Of a stretch of DNA of 64,000 nucleotides, positions 21,686-30,204 are shown piece after piece. The position numbers and the translations under genes were made by a program. Positions within the stretch are counted from its first letter, which is position 1. The number at the start of each line of letters is the position of its first letter. The notes beneath the pieces were generated by a model that made no database searches, had not been told where the DNA came from, and worked only from the letters and a program-made list of their open reading frames with translations. This DNA comes from an uncultured Eubacteriales bacterium. GTDB lineage: Bacteria; Bacillota; Clostridia; Christensenellales; CAG-138. The stretch spans positions 4,116-68,115 of the forward strand of contig URQH01000006.1 of the NCBI GenBank assembly GCA_900549955.1, given 5' to 3'.

Positions 21686-23017
21686 TCAGACGGTCTCCGC
21701 TCCCTCTTCAATCTGATGCCGGTCGTGCACGCCCATTGCGCTGAGCAGGCGGTCAAACAGCGGCACGCACACCGCGGACACGAGAATGCCAAACAGCGGC
21801 GGGATGCCGAAGGCCATCCGGTCGGTGATGAACGCGACGACCGCGCCCACGACGTACGCCAGCACCGGGCCGACGCGGAACAGCTTAAACTGGATGTACT
21901 GCAGCATCGGCAGGCGGCGCTTGTAGATGAAGAAGTAGTCGCCGAGCATGACGCCACCGAGCGGCGGAATGAAGATGCCCAGCAGCACGAGGAAGTTGAT
22001 CAGCTGCGCATAGATGCCGGTTACAGCCAGGATGATGGCAATGACCAGGCCGCCGATCAAAAACGGCGTCTTGCTCTTTTTGTTGAACATCTCCGCGCCC
22101 GCAACGCCCCACGCATACGCGCCTGCATGCGCCGTGGTCCAGATGTTGAGCGTCAGCACCACCAGAGCAAAGAAGATCAGCCCTGTGCGCAGCATGACGA
22201 CGATGAAGTCCGCCTCGTTGTAGGCAAGGCCGCCGATGATGCCCGCCAGCAGCATGATCGTGTTGCCGATCATGAACGCGACAAACCCGGCCCAGAAAGC
22301 GGATTTGGCGCTCTTTCCAAAGCGCGACCAGTTGCACGCCTGCGTGCCCATGCTTGCGAACGTGCCCACGATGGCCGTCATCGCCGTGGCGACGCTCATT
22401 TCCGCGCTTGGCACCACGTTTACAATGGCCGCGAAGCCGCCGTTGGCCTGCGCTGCCAGAATGGGGATGTAGATGACCAGCAGCAGAAGCGCCGGCACCG
22501 CCACGTAGGCGACCTTTTCCATGGCCTTGTAGCCCCAGATGGCCGTGACGCCAAAGACGATCGCCCAGCCGAGCGTGAACCAAATGGCCGCATCCGGCAG
22601 GTTGAACGCCGCGGAAAAGAGCTGGCCGGTATAGGCGCTGACATAGGCGTACCAGCCGATCTGCGTACCGCCGAGCAGCAGGCCGGCCCATTTGGAACCG
22701 CCTACCCCCAGGGTATAGCGCGAAAGCATGACGGAAGTCAGGCCGGTCTTGGCGCCGATGGCACAGTTGATCGCCACATATACGCCCAGCACGAGGTTGC
22801 CGACGAGCACGATCCACATCAGCTCCGAGAACGTGAACGCCGTAGCGATCTGCGCACCGGTCGACATCGTGGGCGCAAAGAACGTGATGCCGAGCAGCAC
22901 GGCCGCGATCGAGAAAAACGACCGGCGCGCTGACTGCGGCACGTGATCGATCGGATAATCCTGGTCGACCACTTTGTCTTCCGCCGTCGCAACTGGTTCT
23001 TTGGTCTTGGTTTCCAT
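21686..23017 (-). CDS. NCS1-family permease (cytosine/purine/uracil/allantoin type, CodB-like)
   Basis: ORF 21686..23035. Start moved to ATG 23017 (METKTKEP...), preceded by AAGGAGG. About 12 predicted TM segments. N-terminal ..IDHVPQSARRSFFSIAAVLLG.. is typical of CodB-like transporters. Confidence 0.85.
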   Translation of the reverse strand: METKTKEPVATAEDKVVDQDYPIDHVPQSARRSFFSIAAVLLGITFFAPTMSTGAQIATAFTFSELMWIVLVGNLVLGVYVAINCAIGAKTGLTSVMLSRYTLGVGGSKWAGLLLGGTQIGWYAYVSAYTGQLFSAAFNLPDAAIWFTLGWAIVFGVTAIWGYKAMEKVAYVAVPALLLLVIYIPILAAQANGGFAAIVNVVPSAEMSVATAMTAIVGTFASMGTQACNWSRFGKSAKSAFWAGFVAFMIGNTIMLLAGIIGGLAYNEADFIVVMLRTGLIFFALVVLTLNIWTTAHAGAYAWGVAGAEMFNKKSKTPFLIGGLVIAIILAVTGIYAQLINFLVLLGIFIPPLGGVMLGDYFFIYKRRLPMLQYIQFKLFRVGPVLAYVVGAVVAFITDRMAFGIPPLFGILVSAVCVPLFDRLLSAMGVHDRHQIEEGAETV

Positions 23018-23059
23018 GAGATACCTCCTTTTCATTGTGTCCCGTCTGTGGCTTTAGAA

Positions 23060-23103
23060 TTGTTACTGTAACAAAATTGATATTGCCATTGCTATTACTG
23101 TAA
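23060..23103. promoter_or_regulatory. Two copies of the palindromic core TTACTGTAA (candidate LacI-family operators)
   Basis: TTGTTACTGTAACAA (23060-23074) is a perfect 15-bp palindrome. A second core TTACTGTAA lies at 23095-23103. Both sit in the AT-rich divergent region between the permease operon and lacI. Confidence 0.45.
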
Positions 23104-23216
23104 CTATTATGTGCTTTGCTAGCAATTTTGTCAAGATGTTTTCAACAATTCCATATTTTCCGCCATATTGGGCAACATGCTTTTACAAATCAGCCGGCGG
23201 TTTTGTTTTTATGTGA

Positions 23217-23241
23217 TGTAACAAATTGACTGTTTGTTACA
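23217..23241. promoter_or_regulatory. Inverted repeat TGTAACAAA-N7-TTTGTTACA sharing the same half-site
   Basis: Arms at 23217-23225 and 23233-23241, ~50 nt upstream of the LacI-family gene start. Confidence 0.4.
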
Positions 23242-23288
23242 TTTGCCGTTTGTGATATACTGTCCACAAGCAGGTCCGTCTTGAAAGG

Positions 23289-24317
23289 GTGATCATCATC
23301 AATATTCGTGAAATTGCGCAATTGGCAGGCGTTTCCGTCGCGACCGTTTCCCGCACGCTCAATACGCCGGAACTCGTACAAGCGCAAACGCGCAAACGGG
23401 TGTTACAAGCCATCGAAGAAACCGGATATGTGCCGGTGCACACGCGCGCGGGAAAGGCAGATGCATTGCGCACGCTGGTGTTTCTATACAATTCGCCAGA
23501 CCACAGCTTTTATGAACCCGCCCTGTCCGGGCTGGAAAACGTTCTGCAGTCCCGCGGATATGCGGCTCTGCTCTGCCCCCTCAGCGCATCGGCCGAGCGC
23601 CGCGCCGTTCAGCTGGGCGCCATTCTTCAGCAAAAGCCCGCGGGCGTGATCTGGGCCTTGCGCGATTTTGACGCGGCGGAAGCAGAGCGTTTCGCTCGCA
23701 GCGATATCCCGCTCGTACTGGCGCGCAAGTACGACCAGGCGTCCCCCGCCTACCCGCACTGTTATACAGACTTTACGGTGGGCTCCTTTCGCATGACGCA
23801 ACACCTGCTCTCGCTGGGGCACCGCCACATCGCCCTACTTGTGGAAAAGGCCTCGTTCCAGTTTGTCGCCAGCTTCTGTGGAGGGTGGAGAAGGGCATAC
23901 TTTGAAAACAATCTCCCTTTTGATGAAAGCTGGATCGTACACACGCCCAACACCGCCGAAGGCGGCCACGACAAGGCGCGCGAAATGTTGCTCGCGCCGG
24001 ACGTGCCGGACGCCTTTTTCTGCGCGAGCAACGAGATGGCCTTCGGCGTGCTGCGCGCCGCACGCGAGCTGGGCATTGCCGTTCCCGGGCAGCTCGCCAT
24101 CGTCGGGTTTACGGATTCGCCGGTGGCCACGCTGTCGGAACCGCCGCTGACCACCATCCGCCAGCCCATTCAACAGCTAGGCGCCGTGGCCGCGCGCATG
24201 CTGATCGACCTGATCGAGTCCCCGCCGGACGCGGCCTGCCAGCCGCAGGAGATCGTCCTGCAACCGCAGCTCTGCATCCGCGGTTCCTGCGGCAGCCAAG
24301 CCCGCACAGAGCCGTGA
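23289..24317 (+). CDS. LacI family transcriptional regulator
   Basis: N-terminal HTH (NIREIAQLAGVSVATVSRTLN) and a periplasmic-binding-protein-like sugar-binding core. GTG start as in the ORF track (the exact start is uncertain). Confidence 0.9.
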   Translation: MIIINIREIAQLAGVSVATVSRTLNTPELVQAQTRKRVLQAIEETGYVPVHTRAGKADALRTLVFLYNSPDHSFYEPALSGLENVLQSRGYAALLCPLSASAERRAVQLGAILQQKPAGVIWALRDFDAAEAERFARSDIPLVLARKYDQASPAYPHCYTDFTVGSFRMTQHLLSLGHRHIALLVEKASFQFVASFCGGWRRAYFENNLPFDESWIVHTPNTAEGGHDKAREMLLAPDVPDAFFCASNEMAFGVLRAARELGIAVPGQLAIVGFTDSPVATLSEPPLTTIRQPIQQLGAVAARMLIDLIESPPDAACQPQEIVLQPQLCIRGSCGSQARTEP

Positions 24318-24327
24318 CGATATGAAG

Positions 24328-24375
24328 GCGCCGCCGGCAGATCTGCCGGCGGCGCTTTGTCGTTTCCCTTTTTGT
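24328..24375 (+). terminator. Rho-independent terminator after the lacI-family gene
   Basis: Perfect 14-bp palindrome GCGCCGCCGGCAGA/TCTGCCGGCGGCGC followed by TTTGTCGTTTCCCTTTTTG. Confidence 0.6.
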
Positions 24376-24483
24376 TGCCAAAGCAGCCGCGGGCCGCGGC
24401 AGAACGGCGCCCGTTGCGCCCCTGCCGCGGCCCACAGTCCATGTGTCCACGCTTCCATCCGCCCGGCGCCTGCCGGGCGCCGC

Positions 24484-25767
24484 TCACGCCTCGAAGCGGG
24501 AACGGTCGATCCAGAGCCCAAGCGCCGGGTTGGGGATGAAGTAGACCTCTTCCCCGTCCGGCATGGTGTTGTATCCATAGTGCAGCTTTTCCGGGTCATA
24601 CCGCCGCACCGTTTCGTCATAGTCTGCCCAGCCAAAGTGCACGCCTTCGATCTCCTCGCGCGTGATGTGCGGCCGGACGGCATAGGTGATGGAGAACCGC
24701 CCGTCGGACGAGCCGTGGATCAGGTGCGCGGCCGCGCCCATGTTGTCGCGCAGGTCCTGGTTGGCCGGGTCGCGGAACAGCTCCAGCACGCGCAGGCGGC
24801 CGCAGTAGCCGTATTTCCGGATGAGTTTATCGATCTCCGGGTCCTCGCCAAAATGGCTGACGCCCGGCGCAAGCACGAGCAGCTCGCCGCCGTCCGCAAT
24901 CGCCATGCGCGTGCGATAGACCGATTTGTTGCCCAGCCAGGTGGTGTGGAACTCCTTCGGGTCCAGATATACGATGCACTTTTTGATGCCGGTTTCCACA
25001 AAGTCCATGTTCTTCTGCTGCGCCAGCGCAATGGCCTCTTCGAGCACCTTGCGCGTGTCGCCGATGAACAGGCCGTGCGTGCGGATGTGGCCGCCCGGCG
25101 CAGTCGTGACCGTCAGGGCAAACAAAATGGGCCGCTCGGACAGATAGTGCGCAAGCGCATAGTCCAGGATCTTGCGCACGGGCGTGTGGTCGCGCCCCAT
25201 CATGCGCTCCATGCCATACACGGCGCCGACCATGTGGCTCTTGTTGATCATGTCGCTGCCGCCCACGCCGACAAACAGGTTCTTCGAGTGGTTCGCCATG
25301 CCGATGACCTCGTGCGGCACCACCTGCCCGACGGACAGGATCAGCTCGTAGGCCGGGTCCATGACGCGGCGGTTGATCTCCACGCTCACGGGATCGTTCC
25401 ACAGCCCCTCCGTGATCTTCGTCAGGTAGCTGGCAGGTACCTCGCCCAGGCGCACCACGTCCGTGCGCCAGTTGTGCGGGATGAATTTTTCAAACGGGAT
25501 GTCGCCGAACATGTCGGCCGCTTCCGCCTCGGTGACCGGCACGTGCGTGCCAAGCGCAGGCAGGATGTCCACCTCGCAGCCCATGTCGGTCAGCAGGTGG
25601 TAGTAGATGTTTGTGATAAATCCGGCGTTGGAATGGTAACGCGTGTAGTCCGGCGGAATCAGCAGCGCCTTTTTGGGCGAACGCCCCTCGAGCGAGCGCA
25701 CCAGCGCGGCGCGCACGTCCTCGCGGCTCAGCCCCTCTTCCGTATCGGCACGATAAAACAGCTCCAT
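24484..25767 (-). CDS. LarA-superfamily (lactate racemase-like, DUF2088) protein; candidate nickel-pincer-dependent 2-hydroxyacid epimerase
   Basis: ORF 24484..25884. Start moved to ATG 25767 (MELFYRADTE) after AAGAGG. The motif VVPHEVIGMANHSKNLFVGVGGSDMINKSH gives H152-x9-K162-x15-H178, the same spacing I recall for H174/K184/H200 of L. plantarum LarA. Confidence 0.8.
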   Translation of the reverse strand: MELFYRADTEEGLSREDVRAALVRSLEGRSPKKALLIPPDYTRYHSNAGFITNIYYHLLTDMGCEVDILPALGTHVPVTEAEAADMFGDIPFEKFIPHNWRTDVVRLGEVPASYLTKITEGLWNDPVSVEINRRVMDPAYELILSVGQVVPHEVIGMANHSKNLFVGVGGSDMINKSHMVGAVYGMERMMGRDHTPVRKILDYALAHYLSERPILFALTVTTAPGGHIRTHGLFIGDTRKVLEEAIALAQQKNMDFVETGIKKCIVYLDPKEFHTTWLGNKSVYRTRMAIADGGELLVLAPGVSHFGEDPEIDKLIRKYGYCGRLRVLELFRDPANQDLRDNMGAAAHLIHGSSDGRFSITYAVRPHITREEIEGVHFGWADYDETVRRYDPEKLHYGYNTMPDGEEVYFIPNPALGLWIDRSRFEA

Positions 25768-25892
25768 ATCAGGCAACCTCTTTCTCTGAAAGTCAAATGC
25801 CGTCTCGTCCGACGGCAGGGGAATATGAAACGCATTCTGCGCCCGCGCCCGGAACCGGGCGCGGGCGCAGGCAGTATGCAGCATAAAACGGG

Positions 25893-27344
25893 TCAGACGT
25901 TGTACGTGGAAGCGGACGTGTTCCCGCCGTGCCCCGTCCAGTTGGTGTGGAAGAACTGGCCGCGCGGGCTGTCCAACCGCTCATAGGTGTGCGCGCCAAA
26001 GTAGTCGCGCTGGGCCTGCAGCAGGTTGGCCGGCAGCTTCTCGGTGGTATATCCGTCAAAGTAGCTGAGCGCGGAGGAGAACGCCGGCATCGGAATGCCA
26101 TGCCGCACCGCCTCGGCCACGACGTCGCGCCACGCGGGGACGAGCGCCTTGATGGTTTCCCCGAAATACGGGTCGAGCAGCAGGTTCCCGAGCTGTGGAT
26201 TCTTGTCGTACGCCTCTTTGATCTTGCCGAGGAACACCGAGCGGATGATGCAGCCGCCGCGCCACATGAGCGCGATGCCGCCATAGTTCAGGTTCCAGCC
26301 GTAGGTCTTGGCCGCGGCGCGCATGAGCGTATAGCCCTGCGCATACGAGATGATCTTCGACGCATACAGCGCTTTGCGCACCTTTTCAATGAACGCGGCG
26401 CGGTCGGCGCACTCGATCTGCACCCCAGCCTTGGGGAACGCCTTCGCCGCCTCGACCCGCTCTTCCTTCATGGCCGACAGGCAGCGGGCAAACACGGCCT
26501 CGCCGATCAACGTGAGCGGCACGCCCTCGTCAAGCGCGGCGATGCCCGTCCACTTGCCGGTACCCTTCTGGCCGGCGGTATCCAGGATCTTGTCGACGAT
26601 GGGCTGCCCATCGGTGTCCTTGTAGGCCAGGATGTCGCGCGTGATCTCGATCAAGTAGCTGTCCAGCTCCGTCTCGTTCCACGCCTTGAACACCTCGTGC
26701 ATCTCGTCCGCGCTCATGCCCAGGCCGTCGCGCATGAGCTGGTACGCCTCGCAAATGAGCTGCATGTCGCCGTACTCAATGCCGTTGTGCACCATCTTCA
26801 CAAAGTGGCCGGCGCCGTTTTCGCCCACCCAGTCGCAGCAGGGGGAGCCGTCCTCCACCTTCGCGCAGATGGCCTGGAACACGTCCTTCACAAACGGCCA
26901 TGCGGCCGGGGAACCGCCGGGCATCATGGACGGCCCCTTGAGCGCGCCCTCTTCGCCGCCGGACACGCCGGTGCCGATGTACAGCAGCCCCTTGGACTCC
27001 ACATACTGCGTCCTGCGGATGGTATCCGGGAAGTGGCTGTTGCCGCCGTCGATCAGGATGTCGCCCTTCTCCAGCAGCGGGATCAGCTGGTCGATCAGCT
27101 GGTCGACCGCGGCGCCCGCCTTGACCATCATCATCACGCGGCGGGGCTTCTTCAGGTTGGCCACCAGCTCTTCGAGCGAGTAGGTGCCGATGATGTTCAG
27201 GCCCTTGGCGCGGCCCTCCACAAAGTTCTTCACCTTGGACGTGGTGCGGTTGTACACCGCGACCGTAAAGCCCTTGGACTCCATGTTCATGACCAGGTTT
27301 TCACCCATGACCGCAAGGCCGATCAGGCCGATATCCGCTTTCAT
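25893..27344 (-). CDS. gnd: 6-phosphogluconate dehydrogenase (decarboxylating)
   Basis: 483 aa. MKADIGLIGLAVMGENLVMNMESKGF (NADP Rossmann fold) and conserved Gnd core motifs throughout. Confidence 0.95.
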   Translation of the reverse strand: MKADIGLIGLAVMGENLVMNMESKGFTVAVYNRTTSKVKNFVEGRAKGLNIIGTYSLEELVANLKKPRRVMMMVKAGAAVDQLIDQLIPLLEKGDILIDGGNSHFPDTIRRTQYVESKGLLYIGTGVSGGEEGALKGPSMMPGGSPAAWPFVKDVFQAICAKVEDGSPCCDWVGENGAGHFVKMVHNGIEYGDMQLICEAYQLMRDGLGMSADEMHEVFKAWNETELDSYLIEITRDILAYKDTDGQPIVDKILDTAGQKGTGKWTGIAALDEGVPLTLIGEAVFARCLSAMKEERVEAAKAFPKAGVQIECADRAAFIEKVRKALYASKIISYAQGYTLMRAAAKTYGWNLNYGGIALMWRGGCIIRSVFLGKIKEAYDKNPQLGNLLLDPYFGETIKALVPAWRDVVAEAVRHGIPMPAFSSALSYFDGYTTEKLPANLLQAQRDYFGAHTYERLDSPRGQFFHTNWTGHGGNTSASTYNV

Positions 27345-27414
27345 GATTCTACTCCTTTGATGTTTTATATAGTGGGATTTCCGTCGTCATGCCGCTCCCG
27401 TGCGGGAACGGGGT

Positions 27415-28473
27415 TCAGCGTTTCACACGGGCGTTGCCGCTCCAGACCGCCCAGACCTGCTCCTCGTCGGCCGGCTGCGCATAGTCGTTGAGCATGGTGG
27501 CCGCCAGCGCGCCGGTCGCCCAGCCAAAGTGCAGGCAGTCCTCGGCACTCCAGCCCTTGAGCACGCCGTACAGCAGGCCGCCCACAAACCCGTCGCCGCC
27601 GCCGATGCGATCCAGCACCTGGATCGGCCGCGGTTCGGCCACGTGCCACTCGCCGTCGCGCAGCAGGATGGCGCCCCAGAGGTGCTCGTTCGCGCTGACG
27701 ACCTGGCGCAGCGTGGTGGCAAACGTCGTAGCACCGGGATATTCCTTCTGCACGCGCAGGATCATCTCCTTGAAGCTGTCGAGCTTGGACGCGAGGTCCT
27801 TGCCGCCCGCCTCGGGCCCCTGGACGCCCAGGCACAGCTGGAAGTCCTCTTCGTTGCCGATCAGGATGTCGGACACGGACGCGATCTCGCGGAAGATCGC
27901 GGAGAGCTCCTCCTCGCGGCCCTTCCAGAAGGACGCCCGATAGTTGAGGTCAAACGAAATGCGCGTGCCATATTTCTTGGCGGCGCGCGCCAGCTCCAGG
28001 CAGAAGATGCCCGTCTCATGCGACAGCGCAGCGATCAGGCCGGAGAGGTGCAGCACCTCCACGCCCTCCTCGCCAAAGATACGCGGCAGGTCGAAGTCCT
28101 TCACGTTCAGCGTCCGCCCCACTTCCCCGGCACGATCGTTCTGCACGCGCGGGCCACGCAGACCAAAGCCGCTGTCGGCAATGTTGAACTGGTGCCGGTA
28201 GCCCCACGGGCCGCCCTGCGGCACTTCCTTGCCCTCATACTCCATGTTGCGGCTGCGCAGGTCGGCCTTGATGAACGCGGCGATGGGGGAACCCTCGACA
28301 AACGTGGTCAGCACCTTGACCGGCAGACCCAGCGCGGCCGGCACGGTGGCGACGTTGGTCTCGGCGCTCGTGGCCTGCATGTAGAAATTGTGGCTGATGT
28401 GTACGGGTTGACGGTCGACCGGCGTGATGCGCACGCCCATGCTGGTCGGGACGACGAGTGCGTAACGTTTCAT
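27415..28473 (-). CDS. kdgK: PfkB-family sugar kinase, 2-dehydro-3-deoxygluconokinase-like
   Basis: ORF 27415..28614. Start moved to ATG 28473 (MKRYALVVPTSMGVRITP) after AGGAGGAG. PfkB C-terminal motif DRIGGGDGFVGGLLYG. Substrate assignment is tentative. Confidence 0.75.
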   Translation of the reverse strand: MKRYALVVPTSMGVRITPVDRQPVHISHNFYMQATSAETNVATVPAALGLPVKVLTTFVEGSPIAAFIKADLRSRNMEYEGKEVPQGGPWGYRHQFNIADSGFGLRGPRVQNDRAGEVGRTLNVKDFDLPRIFGEEGVEVLHLSGLIAALSHETGIFCLELARAAKKYGTRISFDLNYRASFWKGREEELSAIFREIASVSDILIGNEEDFQLCLGVQGPEAGGKDLASKLDSFKEMILRVQKEYPGATTFATTLRQVVSANEHLWGAILLRDGEWHVAEPRPIQVLDRIGGGDGFVGGLLYGVLKGWSAEDCLHFGWATGALAATMLNDYAQPADEEQVWAVWSGNARVKR

Positions 28474-28492
28474 GTGTGGACTCCTCCTGAAC

Positions 28493-29914
28493 TTATTTGA
28501 TGATCTCGTCAAAGCGGAAATAGCGCAGCGCGTTGTTGTAGCTGATGTCGCGCACGATCTGCCCCAGCGCCTCGAGATCGGCCGGGTACTCGCCGTTTTC
28601 CACCAGCGTGCCAAATACGTTGCACAGGATGCGGCGGAAGTATTCGTGCCGCGTGTAGCTCAAAAAGCTGCGACTGTCCGTGAGCATGCCGACAAACGTG
28701 CTGACCACGCCCAGGTTCATGAGGTCGGTCAGCTGCTTTTCCATACCGGCCTTGTGGTCGTTGAACCACCAGGCGCTGCCCATCTGCACGCGCCCCGGCA
28801 GCTCTGCGTCGGTCTGGAAACAGCCCATGACGGTGCCGATGATGCCGTTGTCCGCAGGGTTGAGCGAATAGAGGATCGTGCGCGGCAACGCATTGGCCTT
28901 CTCGAGCAGGTCGAGGAAGCGGGCCAGCCGCGGCGCGTTGTTGCCCTCGTCGTTCATCGCGTCGAACCCGGTGTCCGGCCCCAGCCGCTCGAACATGCGG
29001 GTCGAGTTGTTGCGGATGCAGCCAAAGTGGAGCTGCATGACCCAGCCGCGCGCACGGTATTCTTCGGCGCAAGCCAGCAGCAGCGCCGTCTGAAACGCCT
29101 CCGACTCGCGGCGGCTGACCGGTTCGCCCGCGCGTCCCTTGCGGAAGATGTCCTCCAGCTCGGCCTCCGTGGCCAGCTCGCAAAGCGCCGTGTCGATGCC
29201 GTGGTCGCTCACGCGGCAGCCGTGCGCATCGAAATATGCAATGCGCTCCCGCAGCGCGTCCCGCAACCCGTCCATGCTCTGGATCGGGTGCCCGCACGCC
29301 GCCTCCAGGCGCTGGAGATATTCGCCAAAGTCGGGCTTGTCCGCGCGCATGGCCTTGTCCGGCCGAAACGCCGGCAGCACGGCCACCGGGCACGTCGGGT
29401 CTGCGGCGATGCGCTCGTGCGCCTTCAGGTCGTCCGCCGGATCGTCGGTGGTGCAGATGAGCCGGACGTCGCTCTTTTTGATGATGCCGCGCACGCTCAT
29501 GTCCGGCTGCTGCAGGATCTCGTTGCAGGCGCGGTAGACGGCCTTGCCATTGCACCCGGTGAGCGGTTCGTCAATGCCGAAATACCGCTGCAGCTCCAGA
29601 TGCGTCCAGTGATAGAGCGGATTGCCGACGAGCTTTGGCACCGTCTCCGCCCAGGCGAGGAACTTGTCCTCCGGGTCGGCGTCGCCGGTCACCAGGCGCT
29701 CCGGCACGCCGGCGGAGCGCATGGCGCGCCACTTGTAGTGATCGCCGCCCAGCCACACGTCGGTAATGGACGTGTAGCGGCGGTCGTCCGCGATCTCAGC
29801 CGGGTTGATGTGGCAATGGTAATCGACAATGGGCATACGCGCCGCATGCTCGTGATACAGTGTCTTTGCCGCGTCAGAGGTCAGCAGAAAATCCTTGTCC
29901 AGAAACGGCTTCAT
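28493..29914 (-). CDS. uxaC: Glucuronate isomerase
   Basis: ORF 28493..30046. Start moved to ATG 29914 (MKPFLDKDFLLTSDAAKTLYHEHAARMPIVDYHCHI, the canonical UxaC N-terminus). Confidence 0.95.
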   Translation of the reverse strand: MKPFLDKDFLLTSDAAKTLYHEHAARMPIVDYHCHINPAEIADDRRYTSITDVWLGGDHYKWRAMRSAGVPERLVTGDADPEDKFLAWAETVPKLVGNPLYHWTHLELQRYFGIDEPLTGCNGKAVYRACNEILQQPDMSVRGIIKKSDVRLICTTDDPADDLKAHERIAADPTCPVAVLPAFRPDKAMRADKPDFGEYLQRLEAACGHPIQSMDGLRDALRERIAYFDAHGCRVSDHGIDTALCELATEAELEDIFRKGRAGEPVSRRESEAFQTALLLACAEEYRARGWVMQLHFGCIRNNSTRMFERLGPDTGFDAMNDEGNNAPRLARFLDLLEKANALPRTILYSLNPADNGIIGTVMGCFQTDAELPGRVQMGSAWWFNDHKAGMEKQLTDLMNLGVVSTFVGMLTDSRSFLSYTRHEYFRRILCNVFGTLVENGEYPADLEALGQIVRDISYNNALRYFRFDEIIK

Positions 29915-30009
29915 AGATACCCTCTTTTCCTGTTGTTCGGTATGGTGTTCCAGATGGGTCAGGCACGCCGTAGCATGCCGCAAGAGGCCAAACGCCCCCT
30001 GTTGCAGCC

Positions 30010-30029
30010 AGTATATCACTAGTATATCA
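30010..30029. promoter_or_regulatory. Direct duplication of the 9-mer AGTATATCA (candidate GntR-family operator)
   Basis: AGTATATCA-ct-AGTATATCA at 30010-30018 and 30021-30029. The reverse complement TGATATACT recurs at 30139-30147, and a partial copy TGATATAT lies at 30108-30115. Confidence 0.4.
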
Positions 30030-30118
30030 GAAAAGCAATACGGCAAATGACTTTTTTCCGAAATCCAGAAAAATAAGGAGGTTTCCCGTAAAAACCGCCC
30101 GAAAATGTGATATATTTG

Positions 30119-30147
30119 TTTGACATTCCCGGCAATGGTGATATACT
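30119..30147 (+). promoter_or_regulatory. Near-consensus sigma-A promoter of uxaE-uxuB-gntR, overlapped by the 9-mer motif
   Basis: TTGACA (30119-30124), 17 nt, TATACT (30142-30147). The -10 box lies inside TGATATACT. Confidence 0.55.
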
Positions 30148-30204
30148 AGTCTCGTACGATTCTTTGCAACCGGCCCACAACATACTTGAGGAGGAAACTG
30201 TTCC

